Assembly: GCA_050633205.1 (NCBI GenBank)
Contig: JBOEGA010000050.1
Location: forward strand, 8,202-72,201
Length of the DNA: 64,000 bases
Reading direction: 5' to 3'
Source: Methyloligellaceae bacterium
Lineage (GTDB): Bacteria > Pseudomonadota > Alphaproteobacteria > Rhizobiales > CBDHHC01
Position 1 is the first letter of the stretch; every line of letters starts with the position of its first letter. The position numbers were made by a program, and so were the translations under genes. Below, piece after piece: positions 9,684 to 19,571 of this stretch. Below the pieces are notes generated by a model. The model saw only the letters and a list, made by a program, of their open reading frames with translations. It was not told the origin of the DNA and ran no database searches.

Positions 9684-9712
9684 TTGACAATGATTGTCAG
9701 AAAACATTAAAT
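9684..9712 (+). promoter_or_regulatory. Sigma70-like promoter (TTGACA, 17 bp spacer, TTAAAT) overlapped by the palindrome TGACAAT-G-ATTGTCA (9685-9699)
   Basis: The hexamers and spacing were counted directly. The palindrome fits TGA-N9-TCA and resembles a Fur-type half-site arrangement. Confidence 0.45.
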
Positions 9713-9767
9713 GTAGATTAATTGTAACCGATATCGGGCCCTTGAACCCGTCTATTGGAGAAATCAA

Positions 9768-10247
9768 ATGACTATAGTGACTACATTGCCGATGAAAGAA
9801 GCGGCATGGCGCAAGCTTAGTGGCGCAGAAAAACTTGTTGGTGCAGGTTTTCGTGCCTGGATGGCGGGCTATAACACACAGGATATCGGATCCTGGGAAG
9901 CCTGCTGGAATGAATATTCAACAGAGTTGGGTCCAAGGGGTGCAAAGCAGGCAATTGCTGACCTGAGCTATTGGGTCCGGACCGTTAAAGAACATACTGC
10001 CCGCAAAATCGAGACATTTCCAAATGGCTGTTCAGGCTTTTGCAAAGATGAATGTCTTGCAGTGTCAGTCGTCGCAGCCTGCCAGCATAAGCACTGCCCT
10101 GCCCTGCAAATCTGTGCAGCAGAGCTTATTGGTACTCAGGAAACGGACCGAATGATTGAGACTGCCGAGGGTTTTGCCTATACATTAAGCCAGCTGGATA
10201 TCCATCTAGGAAGAAACTCTGTAGACTCTCTGGCAAACGTTGCTTAA
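9768..10247 (+). CDS. Hypothetical Cys-rich cytoplasmic protein
   Basis: 159 aa. Cys cluster is CSGFCKDECLAVSVVAACQHKHCPALQIC. The ATG is preceded by GGAGAAATCAA. No family recognised. Confidence 0.55.
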   Translation: MTIVTTLPMKEAAWRKLSGAEKLVGAGFRAWMAGYNTQDIGSWEACWNEYSTELGPRGAKQAIADLSYWVRTVKEHTARKIETFPNGCSGFCKDECLAVSVVAACQHKHCPALQICAAELIGTQETDRMIETAEGFAYTLSQLDIHLGRNSVDSLANVA

Positions 10248-10296
10248 GCTTTTTATTTTACATAAGCTCTGACTGTATTTTTAAGAGAGTTTAATT

Positions 10297-12012
10297 TTGA
10301 GCGACGTTCTCAGCATAAAACAGAATAACCCGAGGAAGAGGGTACATGTTGTATCACCTCCTCATACACCCGCGGGACCGTGGCAGATTTCCGTACTGGT
10401 TATCGCTGCGCTTGTTTTGCTGCCGGTTTTTTCTCTTATTTATCTTTCTTTTATTCCTTCAGAAAATATCTGGCCGCACCTGTTTTCAACTGTTCTGCCG
10501 GGAGCTGTGCTCGAAACCATATGGCTTATGCTTGGTGTCGGGGCATTAACACTGGTTGTCGGAACCAGTACCGCCTGGCTGGTTACAATGTACCGTTTTC
10601 CCGGCCGTAATATTCTGGACTGGCTGCTTCTAATTCCACTGGCCATGCCAACCTATATTATTGCCTTCTGCTATGTTGAGATTCTGGATTACTCAGGCAC
10701 TATACAAACTTTCCTTCGTGAATTTTTCGGATGGACCTCTTCCAGAGATTACTGGTTTCCCCAAATCCGCTCCCAGGGTGGGGCTATTTTTGTAATGAGC
10801 TTTGTGCTCTATCCATATGTCTATCTGAATGCTCGCGCTTCGTTTATGCTGCAATCCATATGTACGCTGGAAGTTGCCCGAACTCTCGGACGCAGTCCCC
10901 TTGGCGTATTCTGGTCAGTAGCCCTGCCAATGGCCCGCCCTGCACTGGCTGCCGGCGTTGCACTGGCTCTTATGGAATGTCTTAATGATATAGGAGCGGT
11001 GAGGTATCTTGGTGTTAATACGCTCACAACAACTGTTTATGATACCTGGCTTGGGAAATCCAACCTTGCAGGAGCAGCCCAGATTGCATGCCTGATGCTG
11101 GTTTTTGTGGCTATTCTGTTTTCATGGGAACGAATTGCCCGGAAAGGACAGCAATATCATAGCACTACCGGACATTACAGAAATATCCCGGAAGAGAAAC
11201 TTGAGGGATGGAAAGGCTGGCTGACGGGCCTGTTTTGCGCCATGCCTGTTATTCTGGGCTTTATTGCTCCAATCACTGTATTAGTTCAGTCAAGTTTTGT
11301 TTTTGCCGAAGACAGTCTCTCGGGATCTTACTGGAAAGCGGCCCAAAACAGCCTAACCCTTTCCAGTATCACAGCAGTTGTTGCAGTCATTATAGCACTT
11401 ACACTTGCTTATTCGAGAAGGGTTGCGCCAACGGCATTTGTCAAACCTGCATACCGCATAACCGGCTTTGGATATGCTATTCCGGGTACAGTTCTGGCAA
11501 TCGGTGTCTTTATGCCTCTGGCGGCTTTTGACAATGGTGTTGACGGGGTTATGCGAGAACAGTTTGGAGTATCGACAGGCTTATTGCTATCCGGAACCAT
11601 GTTTGCACTTATTCTTGCCTATACGATCAGGTTTCTGGCGGTATCAAACGGAGCGATTGAATCTGGCCTCAAAAGGATATCAGTCAACCTGGATTCTGCT
11701 TCAAGAGCTTTGGGGGAAACAGCTTTTGGCACTTTATGGCGTGTCCACCTTCCTTTGCTCAGACCTGCTCTTGGTGCAGCAGTTCTGCTGGTTTTTGTCG
11801 ATACCATGAAAGAACTACCGGCTACACTTCTTATGAAACCGTTTAATTTTGATACTCTGGCAACGCATGTCTATAATTATGCCTCGGCTGAAGAATATGG
11901 TGAAGCGGCACTACCAGCACTGACTATCGTTATTTTTGGGCTGGCGCCTGTTATTCTACTCAGCAAAACCATTGCAACAGGCCGTGCCGGGCAGCGCTCC
12001 AGCAGCTCCTGA
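10297..12012 (+). CDS. Fused two-domain ABC transporter permease, ferric-iron FbpB-like
   Basis: 571 aa with about 12 TM helices in two repeated halves. Each half carries an EAA-like loop (LEVARTLGRSPLGVFWSVALPMARPAL and ASRALGETAFGTLWRVHLPLLRPAL). Confidence 0.8.
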   Translation: MSDVLSIKQNNPRKRVHVVSPPHTPAGPWQISVLVIAALVLLPVFSLIYLSFIPSENIWPHLFSTVLPGAVLETIWLMLGVGALTLVVGTSTAWLVTMYRFPGRNILDWLLLIPLAMPTYIIAFCYVEILDYSGTIQTFLREFFGWTSSRDYWFPQIRSQGGAIFVMSFVLYPYVYLNARASFMLQSICTLEVARTLGRSPLGVFWSVALPMARPALAAGVALALMECLNDIGAVRYLGVNTLTTTVYDTWLGKSNLAGAAQIACLMLVFVAILFSWERIARKGQQYHSTTGHYRNIPEEKLEGWKGWLTGLFCAMPVILGFIAPITVLVQSSFVFAEDSLSGSYWKAAQNSLTLSSITAVVAVIIALTLAYSRRVAPTAFVKPAYRITGFGYAIPGTVLAIGVFMPLAAFDNGVDGVMREQFGVSTGLLLSGTMFALILAYTIRFLAVSNGAIESGLKRISVNLDSASRALGETAFGTLWRVHLPLLRPALGAAVLLVFVDTMKELPATLLMKPFNFDTLATHVYNYASAEEYGEAALPALTIVIFGLAPVILLSKTIATGRAGQRSSSS

Positions 12013-12170
12013 CGCCTCCCGTCTATTTTTCTGATTTTAAAAGAATAAAAAGATGAAATAGATAACTTTACGTAACGATACTTTATGCTACTATAATTGT
12101 TGCATTGCAGCATTGCTGCTAATGTTTATTCAGTTATATGAGACCTTTTCAGGTGGATACAGGAGGGAAC

Positions 12171-12881
12171 GTGGCAAGCAAGAAAGTATATTCTGATGCA
12201 TCGTCAGCTCTTGCCGAATTGTTAGAAGACGGCATGACATTGATGGTTGGAGGTTTTGGACTTTGTGGTATTCCTGAGAGCCTTATCTACGCTGTTAAGG
12301 AAACAGGTGTTAAGAACCTTACTGTCATCTCAAATAACTGTGGTGTTGACGGTATTGCACTAGGTGTTTTGCTTGAGACAAGGCAAATTTCTAAAACGAT
12401 CTCCTCTTATGTTGGTGAAAATAAACTCTTTGCCCAGCAGTATCTTGATGGTGATGTGGAAGTTGTCTTTACACCTCAGGGTACTCTGGCCGAACAAATC
12501 CGTGCCGGTGGAGCCGGGATACCAGCTTTTTACACCAAAACCGGTGTTGGTACTCTTGTTGCTGAAGGTAAAGAAACCCGGGAGTTTGATGGCGAGACAT
12601 ACGTTATGGAGCGTGGTCTGGTTGCGGATATATCTCTTGTTCATGCCTGGAAAGGGGATACAGAGGGTAACCTTATTTACCGGAAGACGGCCCGTAACTT
12701 CAATCCGATGATGGCTACTGCTGGCAAGGTAACTATTGCACAGGTGGAACATCTTGTTGAACCTGGTGAGTTTAACCCTGACCATATTATTACTCCCGGA
12801 ATTTTCGTGCAAAGAATTGTTCATACGCCGGATCCGACCAAACATATTGAACAGCGCACCACGCGCCCGAAATCAGCATAA
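12171..12881 (+). CDS. scoA: 3-oxoacid CoA-transferase subunit A
   Basis: Family-I CoA-transferase alpha subunit sequence (GGFGLCGIPE, ISNNCG). A GTG start at 12171 lies 4 nt after AGGAGGG. The ORF track extends upstream to 12138. Confidence 0.85.
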   Translation: MASKKVYSDASSALAELLEDGMTLMVGGFGLCGIPESLIYAVKETGVKNLTVISNNCGVDGIALGVLLETRQISKTISSYVGENKLFAQQYLDGDVEVVFTPQGTLAEQIRAGGAGIPAFYTKTGVGTLVAEGKETREFDGETYVMERGLVADISLVHAWKGDTEGNLIYRKTARNFNPMMATAGKVTIAQVEHLVEPGEFNPDHIITPGIFVQRIVHTPDPTKHIEQRTTRPKSA

Positions 12882-12897
12882 GAATTGGAGGTTTTAA

Positions 12898-13542
12898 ATG
12901 GCCTGGAATCGAGATCAAATGGCTGCGCGGGCGGCGAAAGAACTTCAGGATGGTTTTTATGTCAATCTGGGTATTGGAATTCCGACACTGGTATCTAATT
13001 TTATTCCGGATGGTATGAATGTCCAGTTACAGAGCGAAAACGGAATGCTGGGTATGGGTCCTTTCCCTTATGAAGGAGAAGAGGACGCTGACCTTATTAA
13101 TGCCGGCAAGCAAACTATTACAGAATTACCTACCACAAGCTACTTCTCCAGTTCAGACTCTTTTGGCATGATCCGTGGTGGTCATATTGATTTGTCTATT
13201 CTTGGAGCAATGCAGATTTCCCAGACAGGAGATATTGCAAACTGGATGATACCGGGCAAAATGGTGAAAGGTATGGGCGGGGCGATGGATCTGGTTGCCG
13301 GGGTTAAACGGGTTGTTGTTGTTATGGAACATACAGCCAAAGGTTCTCCCAAATTGCTTGAGGAATGCAACCTGCCATTAACGGGAACAGCTGTGGTCAA
13401 TCTGATTATAACCGACCTGGGTGTGTTCGAGGTAGACAAGGAAGCCGGAGAACTGGTTCTAACTGAACTGGCGGATGGTGTAACTCCCGAGGAAATAAAA
13501 GAAAATACAGAAGCCAGGTATCGAGTTGAGCTTCGTTCCTGA
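12898..13542 (+). CDS. scoB: 3-oxoacid CoA-transferase subunit B
   Basis: 214 aa. The SENG motif ([12 protein letters not shown]) contains the catalytic Glu. GGAGG SD lies upstream of the ATG. Confidence 0.85.
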   Translation: MAWNRDQMAARAAKELQDGFYVNLGIGIPTLVSNFIPDGMNVQLQSENGMLGMGPFPYEGEEDADLINAGKQTITELPTTSYFSSSDSFGMIRGGHIDLSILGAMQISQTGDIANWMIPGKMVKGMGGAMDLVAGVKRVVVVMEHTAKGSPKLLEECNLPLTGTAVVNLIITDLGVFEVDKEAGELVLTELADGVTPEEIKENTEARYRVELRS

Positions 13543-13817
13543 TAACCTGTTTCAGAGCACAAAATATCTACAAGGGGGTAAAGGGGAAAAACCTTCCTCC
13601 CCCCTTATTAAAGAGTCGAATATTCAATTCCGGTCATATTGTTTACAAATCTGTTGCCTAAAATCTTCTCGTTTCCATAATATTTCAGAATCTTATAGTG
13701 TGGAAATGAAATGCAGGCCTTTACCTCTGTGTGAGGCAAGAGATATGGTGTATTAATAATGCGTACCACTTATAGTGGCAGGTGTTATCGGGGTCAGACC
13801 TATCAGTCGGAATAAAA

Positions 13818-15596
13818 ATGAAAACAAACAGACTCTTACATTACACAGTAATTGCCTTGTCTTTCACTGCAGTGATCGTAACCACAGCTATTGTTGCGAC
13901 TCCTCACCTTCTTGAGAATAAGCATATTCGTGCTCAGGCCAGAGTTCTCCTGTCGAAATGGGCTGGGGGTGAATTCCGTATTCGTGGTGATATCAAGGTA
14001 GACTATTTTCTGGGCGCGAAATTTTCCGCGACGGATGTCGAAATTACCAAGTTTGATCGTACCAGCGGTCTGAAACACTTCAAAGCCAAACAGCTGAGTG
14101 CTGATATAAGCTGGTTAAGTCTGTTATCAGGGACTATAGGCTTTAACAGGCTATCTATTGTTTCTCCCGAATTTACTTTTTCAAAAGATTTTATATCATC
14201 CGATAAGAGCTCTTCAGAAAAGCTTACCAATAGCCCGCTGACCAGACTAATCAGAAAAGCTGCAGTTAACCGTGTCACGATACATAATGGTCGTATGAAA
14301 TTATGGTCTGAGGGAAATCTCCAGGAAATCTCCAATATTTACAGCAAGGTTTACGTTTCAAGCCGGGCACGGATAATTTCCGGGAGATCCTCATTTGTTT
14401 ACCGGGATGTTCCACATCATCTCACCTTCAGGACCAAGAAAAAGGGAATACATAACGGTGTTTCCCATATGTATGTTAAATATTCTCTGAAAAGTGAGTT
14501 AGGGGCGACTGATTTTCAAGGAAATCTGGAATTCCACAAGAGTATTCAGGCTATCGGTAAAAAGAATATCCGTATCCATAATATAAGAGATTTTTCAAAA
14601 TGGGTGGGACGACCACTTCCTGATGGTTCCGGTTTAAAGGACTTTCAGCTTAGCGCGGATATGCAGCTGAAAGATAACAAACTGACCATGTCCAATAGTC
14701 ACCTGAAGATGGATGGTAACAATGCCAGTGGCGTTCTTACGGTCAACCTCAGTGACAGAAATGTTGATATTGGTGGTACTCTGGATATTCCACGACTTTC
14801 TCTTCTCCCGTATGCAGGACAGGAAAAACTTACAGCATCAGAAAAGGGTGTGAAAAAGATACCTTTTCATTTCTTAAAATATATCACTGCCGATTTACGG
14901 GTATCAGCGGGTGAAATTACGGCTCCAAAGTTTCAGGCATGGAGCAGCGCTATGGCAATCTCAATTAATTCAGGCAAAATGCTGTTTGATATTGCTGACA
15001 TGCGGATATTTGAAGGGTCTGCCCGCGGGCAAATAGAAATCGATGGTGACAGGGTAGTTCCAAAAATCTCCGTGCAAGGGTATCTACAGAATATATCCAC
15101 CTCTCACTGTCTTGAAAATATTACCAATAATGGTGTTATGGAAGGGCGGGCTTCAGTTGATGTCAGCCTGACCGCAGAAGGTAAAACCCTTAATAAGATT
15201 ATAGAATCTCTGGCAGGTAAATGGACCGTCAAGATGGCAGCGGGAGGGCAGGTTAATATGGATCTGATAAACCTCTTTGCTCAAACAACCGCTACACCAG
15301 TCAAAGGATGGAACAGTTTTAAAAATGGGGTTACCCGTTTTAAAAACCTAGATATCTCTTCAGATATGCAGGACGGAACGGCAAATATAAAAACGGTTAT
15401 GCTGGCTACAGATCAAAGGCGCTACTCAGGTAATGGAAGTATTCATATTCCAAACCACAGCATGAATTATCAGGTGACTATGTCTTCACATAATGAAGAG
15501 GATAAAGCAGATACTGTCGGCTCTATAAATAATATTGCTTTACAGATGAAGGGGCACTGGAATGCTCCCGAAATTGCAATTAATCCAAAACCATAA
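13818..15596 (+). CDS. AsmA-family outer-membrane biogenesis protein
   Basis: N-terminal TM anchor (MKTNRLLHYTVIALSFTAVIVTTAIV), then a long beta-rich region. The C-terminal region is AsmA-like. The start was chosen at the internal ATG. Confidence 0.6.
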   Translation: MKTNRLLHYTVIALSFTAVIVTTAIVATPHLLENKHIRAQARVLLSKWAGGEFRIRGDIKVDYFLGAKFSATDVEITKFDRTSGLKHFKAKQLSADISWLSLLSGTIGFNRLSIVSPEFTFSKDFISSDKSSSEKLTNSPLTRLIRKAAVNRVTIHNGRMKLWSEGNLQEISNIYSKVYVSSRARIISGRSSFVYRDVPHHLTFRTKKKGIHNGVSHMYVKYSLKSELGATDFQGNLEFHKSIQAIGKKNIRIHNIRDFSKWVGRPLPDGSGLKDFQLSADMQLKDNKLTMSNSHLKMDGNNASGVLTVNLSDRNVDIGGTLDIPRLSLLPYAGQEKLTASEKGVKKIPFHFLKYITADLRVSAGEITAPKFQAWSSAMAISINSGKMLFDIADMRIFEGSARGQIEIDGDRVVPKISVQGYLQNISTSHCLENITNNGVMEGRASVDVSLTAEGKTLNKIIESLAGKWTVKMAAGGQVNMDLINLFAQTTATPVKGWNSFKNGVTRFKNLDISSDMQDGTANIKTVMLATDQRRYSGNGSIHIPNHSMNYQVTMSSHNEEDKADTVGSINNIALQMKGHWNAPEIAINPKP

Positions 15597-15804
15597 CTTT
15601 TATGGAGACATTTTTTAGCCTGAAATTCAGGATTTATCGTCTCATGAGCGGTTTTATATAAAATAAGCTTATGAAACTTCAGAATATTGCGATTTCATCG
15701 TTGCCAATTAACCATCACCTCCATTAAAAAGGTAGCTGGATTTTGGGAAACACACATAAGCATCCGGTCATTGATCTTATCGTTGCGTGTGAGGGAGAAG
15801 AATA

Positions 15805-17232
15805 ATGAATAATTTGCTGAGTCGTACAGCTGCGGGGATCTTTTTTTTAACCGCTGCAAGTCTTGCCTTACCTTCATTTGCTCAGGATAACTCTACCTCC
15901 GACGATAGTCAGGGGAGTTTGACAACAGATGTTACGCAGCAGGATAATGTTTCTGAAAATCAAGATACTGATGAAGGCCAGAATATTGCCGGTGATGAGA
16001 CAAATGCTGATACTGAGCCCACTGGCTCTACCGAGCCAAAGAAGACTGAAGCGGAGCAAACCGCTGAAGCGCCTGCAAAGGTGGTAGAAGAACCAAAAGC
16101 AAAAAAGCTATCAATTGCGTCCTGGGGCGGAGCATATATGCAGGCCCAGAATAATGCCTATTTTAAGGATTATCAAAAGGATACAGGTTTTCAGATCAGT
16201 ACTGAAAAGCATTCAGGGCAATATGATGCTATCAAATCCGGTCTGACTTCTTCTCAATGGGATGTTGTTGATCTTACCTATGATATGGTTGATCAGGCAT
16301 GTGCTTCAGGTTTGCTTGCTCCAATTGATGCAAGCTCACTTGAAACGGCGCCAAACGGTTCTGCTGCGGAAGAAGATTTCTTTAAGGATGGTATTCATAA
16401 ATGTGGTGTAGCCAGCATGGTCTGGTCACTAACCATTATCTACAACAAAAGAGCCTTCAGGCGTGGTGCTCCAAGAACGGTGAGTGACTTTTTTAATACC
16501 AGTAGATATCGCGGAAAGAGGGTTTTGCCAAAGACTGCAGAAAATACACTGGAACTGGCACTTCTCGCTGATGGCGCAAAACCTGAAGAAGTTTACTCAC
16601 TTCTGGAAACTCCTGATGGCATTGACAGAGCGTTCAATAAACTTAACCGTATTAGAAAAAGCATAATATGGTCTTCCAATCCCTCGGAGCCTTTTAAACT
16701 GCTGGCCAATGGCAAAGCCGCTTTTGGACTGGGTTATAACGGCCGTGCCTTTTCAGTTATTGCAGAACAAAAACAAGCGCTTGGTATTATCTGGGACGGG
16801 CAGCTCTATAATTATAATCTCTGGGCTATTCCGGCAAATGCAGAAAACAAGGAAAATTCGAAAAAATTTATCAACTTTGCCACCAGTCCTAAAAGGCTGG
16901 CAACTCAATCAAGCTGGTTCCCTTACGGTCCTTCAAGACGTTCTGCAGTTCAGATGATCAGACCTCATCCTGAGGCTGATATTGATCTGCGACCGTTTAT
17001 TCCTACTATTCCCAAGAACTTCAAGCTGGCTTTACGCACTGACAAGACGTGGTGGAAAGTCAGGGGAGCTCCTATGAAGGCAAGGTTCAACAGGTGGTTG
17101 CTTGGTGAGCGAGAGCCTAAAACCGAGCCGGACACTGCACAAAACCTTCAAACTGCATTTCAATCAGATGAACCAGTTATTGTTGTTCCTGAACAGTCGG
17201 ATCAGGAAGATGAAAAGAATCAGCAGGAATAA
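15805..17232 (+). CDS. ABC transporter periplasmic substrate-binding protein (family 1, PotD/PotF-like) with a long acidic N-terminal linker
   Basis: Signal peptide ends at ..PSFA/QD. About 75 aa of D/E/T/Q-rich low complexity follow, then an SBP fold-like sequence (SIASWGGAYMQAQ..). GGGAGA SD. Confidence 0.7.
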   Translation: MNNLLSRTAAGIFFLTAASLALPSFAQDNSTSDDSQGSLTTDVTQQDNVSENQDTDEGQNIAGDETNADTEPTGSTEPKKTEAEQTAEAPAKVVEEPKAKKLSIASWGGAYMQAQNNAYFKDYQKDTGFQISTEKHSGQYDAIKSGLTSSQWDVVDLTYDMVDQACASGLLAPIDASSLETAPNGSAAEEDFFKDGIHKCGVASMVWSLTIIYNKRAFRRGAPRTVSDFFNTSRYRGKRVLPKTAENTLELALLADGAKPEEVYSLLETPDGIDRAFNKLNRIRKSIIWSSNPSEPFKLLANGKAAFGLGYNGRAFSVIAEQKQALGIIWDGQLYNYNLWAIPANAENKENSKKFINFATSPKRLATQSSWFPYGPSRRSAVQMIRPHPEADIDLRPFIPTIPKNFKLALRTDKTWWKVRGAPMKARFNRWLLGEREPKTEPDTAQNLQTAFQSDEPVIVVPEQSDQEDEKNQQE

Positions 17233-17260
17233 AACAGCCCTGTTACAGCAGTAATACTGA

Positions 17261-17292
17261 AGGAAGAAGTTATTACTTCTTCCTTTTTTTTT
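17261..17292 (+). terminator. Rho-independent terminator of the SBP gene
   Basis: 10-bp stem AGGAAGAAGT/ACTTCTTCCT, loop TATT, followed by a T9 run. Confidence 0.8.
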
Positions 17293-17777
17293 ATAAGGTT
17301 TTTCTCTCTGTCGTGACCTTATACACAGGCGTTTAAATTTATTTTCGTCTCATAATCATCACTAAAAGTGAGTTCCAGATAAACAATTTCACGCCGTTCA
17401 GAAATCATATACTTCAAACTTATTATTCTTTCGATAGTTGTACAATTTATCCAACATACTGAATTAATGTATTTTCTTAACTTTCCGCTATAAACCCATG
17501 CTATTTATGAATATATCCTTCTGCCAATACTGGTTATGCCTTATGCTAACAGGAAGTATTCCCTAAACTAATCATGCAATTTAAAAATGCTTTTATCCAC
17601 CACAAGAAATAATTGATTTTGTATTAATAATACGGCACATTTCTACTTATGCGCTGGACTACATAGACAGTGGGGACGATCAATGGGACGTTTCCTATTT
17701 ATCGAGTTTCGGTATTAGGAAATGGCGTGGATATGTAGCTCAGGTATCAACACTCAATAAAGAGGGTGAATTTTCTG

Positions 17778-17867
17778 ATGAATGAATTGAAGTACTGTGT
17801 GTGCATGGATCATAGCCATTTTTATATGAGCGGGATCATCACCTCCGGTATTGCCATAATTCAGTGA
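17778..17867 (+). CDS. Candidate 29-codon small ORF (MNELKYCVCMDHSHFYMSGIITSGIAIIQ)
   Basis: ATG lies about 10 nt after AGAGGGTG. The ORF has a hydrophobic C-terminus and ends about 40 nt before a strong intrinsic terminator. Not on the ORF track because it is under 60 aa. Confidence 0.3.
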   Translation: MNELKYCVCMDHSHFYMSGIITSGIAIIQ

Positions 17868-17906
17868 GCCGAAATAAATAAAACGGGTCATAATCAGTAT
17901 TAAAAC

Positions 17907-17945
17907 TCCCCTGCCGGATTACATGATAGCGGCAGGGGATTTTTT
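17907..17945 (+). terminator. Rho-independent terminator in an otherwise ORF-free AT-rich spacer
   Basis: 10-bp stem TCCCCTGCCG/CGGCAGGGGA, 13-nt loop, followed by T6. Confidence 0.7.
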
Positions 17946-18038
17946 ACTTAATGCTCAAAGATATGTTGCAATCAGTTAGACCGCTATTGTAACTTGGTGA
18001 GCGTGGGTTACGGGTTTTATTTTAAGAACAGTAGAGTT

Positions 18039-19571
18039 ATGCTGCAGCACTTCCTGCCTTATGTTTCGTTTGTACGATGCGTGTGTATTGTGCTGGCTTT
18101 TTCTTTCGCGTTTCTGGCTGCTCCCTCAGAGAGCATTGCAAGAAAAAATAATAAAAAACTATCGAAGAAAACAGCGCCCAGGCTTATTGCCGGAGATGTT
18201 CATGCGCAACTTCCTCTGCAGAAACGTGACCGCAGCTATGCCCGGGGGCGATTTGTTTTTGCTGAAATAAAGATCTTTAACAAAGGTCGGAGACGCTACA
18301 GAAATGCTCAGCTGGTTTTTGAAACCAAAGACCCTATAATACATTCTATCGTCAATCTTGATGATGGAAGAAACATCATCCGAGGATATTCGCGCAGAAG
18401 AAAACGTCATGTTGTTTCTATCAGGCGCCTCTCCCGAACAAAACCACAGATATACTGGGTAGAACTAAAGCTCGGTAAACCAGAAGTTTCAGACAGTAAG
18501 GCTGATACCAGAACATATTTAAATATAACTCTGGGATCCAGAAACGGAGAGGGTAACTGGGATACTGATACGACGCATATGAGCTGGAAGTTATCTAATT
18601 GTGGCGCTTCCTACCATAAGGCTCTTTCTGGCGGCTCCAACTCTGAAATACATAAGCTGAACCATGCCCTTACTGAATTATCGCATAAAGATAAGGATAT
18701 GCCCGGACGCTGGATCTTTAGCCCTGTAAAATCCTATAAAACGGAGACGATATACAGAGATGTCTGCACCCGCTATAAATATTACAGAAACAGGCAGACA
18801 GGTAAGCGATACAAAAAGTGCCGGGTTTCCAGAAAAGTAAAAAAAACCATAAAAACGCTAATCAAAGCTCCTAAAGAAGTTCAGGAGGTTCTGAACCTGT
18901 CTGGCGGTATTGTTGCTGCACGCGGCAGCGATCAGAGCATGAGATTACATACTGACGGCTATTGGGTCGTCAGAAAGATATATGAAGATATAAAGCGATA
19001 CCTTGAGCAAAGGGCTAACCCCGCAATCTGTACCGGCACACTTCAAATGACAGAGTTTTATGAAGCTAAATTTGAACCGGTTACAAAGAAGAATGATGAA
19101 CTCAAAAATAATTTAAAAGCTGCTTTGGAGCTGGCAAAACTGAAGGCAGGTGCTTATTTGAAACTCACCGGCTCCAATAGACATGCGCGGTTGTTTCAGG
19201 TTCGATCCAGAGACATACTGGCCAGATCTGAAGACGAGGAAAATACCCAAAAGAACCTTTCTGTTATGGAAGGCATATTAATTAAATTTGCAAGCCTGTC
19301 TCCAGATAAACAGTTTATTACAGACTTTAAAAATACGGATAGTATTCTTGCCAAACTGAAAATATTTAAAAATGTTATTGCAAAATACAGCAATGAACTG
19401 GAGCTTAATGAAGAAGCTAAAAAACGTCTCAGGGAAACACTGACCATGATTGAAGCAGCCTATTATCTACAGGTTCTTTCATCACGCTACGAAAAGATTA
19501 AGGTCATTGTCTCTAATAGTATTCGGGATATTCGCAGTACTTATAGCAAACACTGTAATTGTGCAGACTGA
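18039..19571 (+). CDS. Orphan secreted, highly basic protein of unknown family
   Basis: Signal-peptide-like MLQHFLPYVSFVRCVCIVLAFSFAFLAAPSESIA. K/R-rich throughout, with a helical C-terminal half. No motif recognised. Confidence 0.55.
   Translation: MLQHFLPYVSFVRCVCIVLAFSFAFLAAPSESIARKNNKKLSKKTAPRLIAGDVHAQLPLQKRDRSYARGRFVFAEIKIFNKGRRRYRNAQLVFETKDPIIHSIVNLDDGRNIIRGYSRRRKRHVVSIRRLSRTKPQIYWVELKLGKPEVSDSKADTRTYLNITLGSRNGEGNWDTDTTHMSWKLSNCGASYHKALSGGSNSEIHKLNHALTELSHKDKDMPGRWIFSPVKSYKTETIYRDVCTRYKYYRNRQTGKRYKKCRVSRKVKKTIKTLIKAPKEVQEVLNLSGGIVAARGSDQSMRLHTDGYWVVRKIYEDIKRYLEQRANPAICTGTLQMTEFYEAKFEPVTKKNDELKNNLKAALELAKLKAGAYLKLTGSNRHARLFQVRSRDILARSEDEENTQKNLSVMEGILIKFASLSPDKQFITDFKNTDSILAKLKIFKNVIAKYSNELELNEEAKKRLRETLTMIEAAYYLQVLSSRYEKIKVIVSNSIRDIRSTYSKHCNCAD

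Noticed and set aside
12360-12845. 161-aa minus-strand ORF inside scoA
   Set aside because: It is antisense to a well-supported CoA-transferase subunit. It has no motif and no RBS.
17722-17752. tRNA 5'-half-like string GGATATGTAGCTCAGGT, and a second tRNA-like string GGTTAGAGTGCTCGCCTACTGAGC at 19581-19604, as possible att remnants flanking the islet
   Set aside because: Neither string has the complementary D-stem or anticodon-stem partner. Island att sites normally duplicate tRNA 3' ends, not 5' parts. The resemblance is probably fortuitous.
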